This document shows, piece by piece, positions 63,726 through 64,000 of a DNA stretch of 64,000 nucleotides (position 1 is the first letter of the stretch; each line of letters starts with the position of its first letter). A program made the position numbers and the translations under genes. The notes beneath the pieces were generated by a model, which was given only the letters and a program-made list of their open reading frames with translations, made no database searches and was not told the origin of the DNA. The stretch comes from a virus (Duplodnaviria > Heunggongvirae > Uroviricota > Caudoviricetes). Location: IMG/VR virus record IMGVR_UViG_3300008262_000052. One strand, 5' to 3'.

Positions 63726-64000
63726 ATGAAAATATTTGAAGTAGTAGCAAAAATAACCAAAGACGTTGATCCTGAAACTGGTGACAGTACTGTCGGTGCC
63801 AATGTAACTGATTTTAAAAACGAATACAACCGAGTTGTTGTAATGCCTATGAATCAGATCCGATCTAGATTCGAAGGAGACGGTAAAGGTGATACTAAAG
63901 ATGTTGATGCTAGAGCAAATATAAACAGTATTAAAAAACAGATAAAACGAGATATCAGCAAGATACCTCCAATACTAGTAAGAAGAATTCCACGAGAAAA
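63726..64000 (+). CDS. hypothetical protein (5' partial, runs off the window)
   Basis: ATG at 63726 with an open frame to the window end. Confidence 0.4.
   Translation, partial: MKIFEVVAKITKDVDPETGDSTVGANVTDFKNEYNRVVVMPMNQIRSRFEGDGKGDTKDVDARANINSIKKQIKRDISKIPPILVRRIPRE

Overview
The window reads as a large T4-like marine myovirus, most similar in gene content to pelagimyophage-type phages. It is AT-rich (roughly 35-40% GC), genes are tightly packed and frequently overlap by ATGA, and almost all of them lie on the + strand. One block of three small membrane proteins (31.6-32.6 kb) is on the - strand. More than 15 intergenic regions carry sigma70-like TTGACA-N16/17-TATAxT early promoters, and a few show the T4-late-like TATAAATA box.

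Recognisable coding content:
- Nucleotide metabolism: nrdA, nrdB, glutaredoxin, a 5'(3')-deoxyribonucleotidase-like HAD protein, guaC.
- Translation-related genes: ribosomal protein S21, IF-1, a TilS-like lysidine synthetase, a Pth2-like peptidyl-tRNA hydrolase, ClpS.
- tRNA repair: HAD phosphatase, P-loop kinase, T4 Rnl1-type RNA ligase.
- Pigment genes: heme oxygenase plus a PcyA-family bilin reductase.
- Stress and DNA-modification genes: Hsp20, a beta-class DNA methyltransferase next to a DGQHR (DndB/DpdB-like) protein.
- Also a secreted SNase, a CHAP-like hydrolase and two metallophosphoesterases.

Three things stand out:
- A curli-type secretion module (CsgF, CsgG, a curlin-repeat protein and further secreted proteins, 23.5-28.9 kb), followed by a CHASE2-sensor class III nucleotidyl cyclase.
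- A single-gene, about 60% GC island (9.53-12.42 kb) encoding a complete alphaproteobacterial-type formate dehydrogenase alpha subunit, flanked downstream by a decayed GIY-YIG fragment.
- An extensive tRNA gene set (about 26 genes in three clusters at 45-47.6 kb and 59.7-63.7 kb) interleaved with non-coding, highly structured DNA. This includes a roughly 1.3 kb ORF-free region of degenerate repeats carrying GCAA-type hairpins, recurrent GTAAGTAGAG / TTACACATAC motifs, and a conserved promoter-leader element.

All annotations are by eye from sequence motifs. No database searches or structure predictions were possible.
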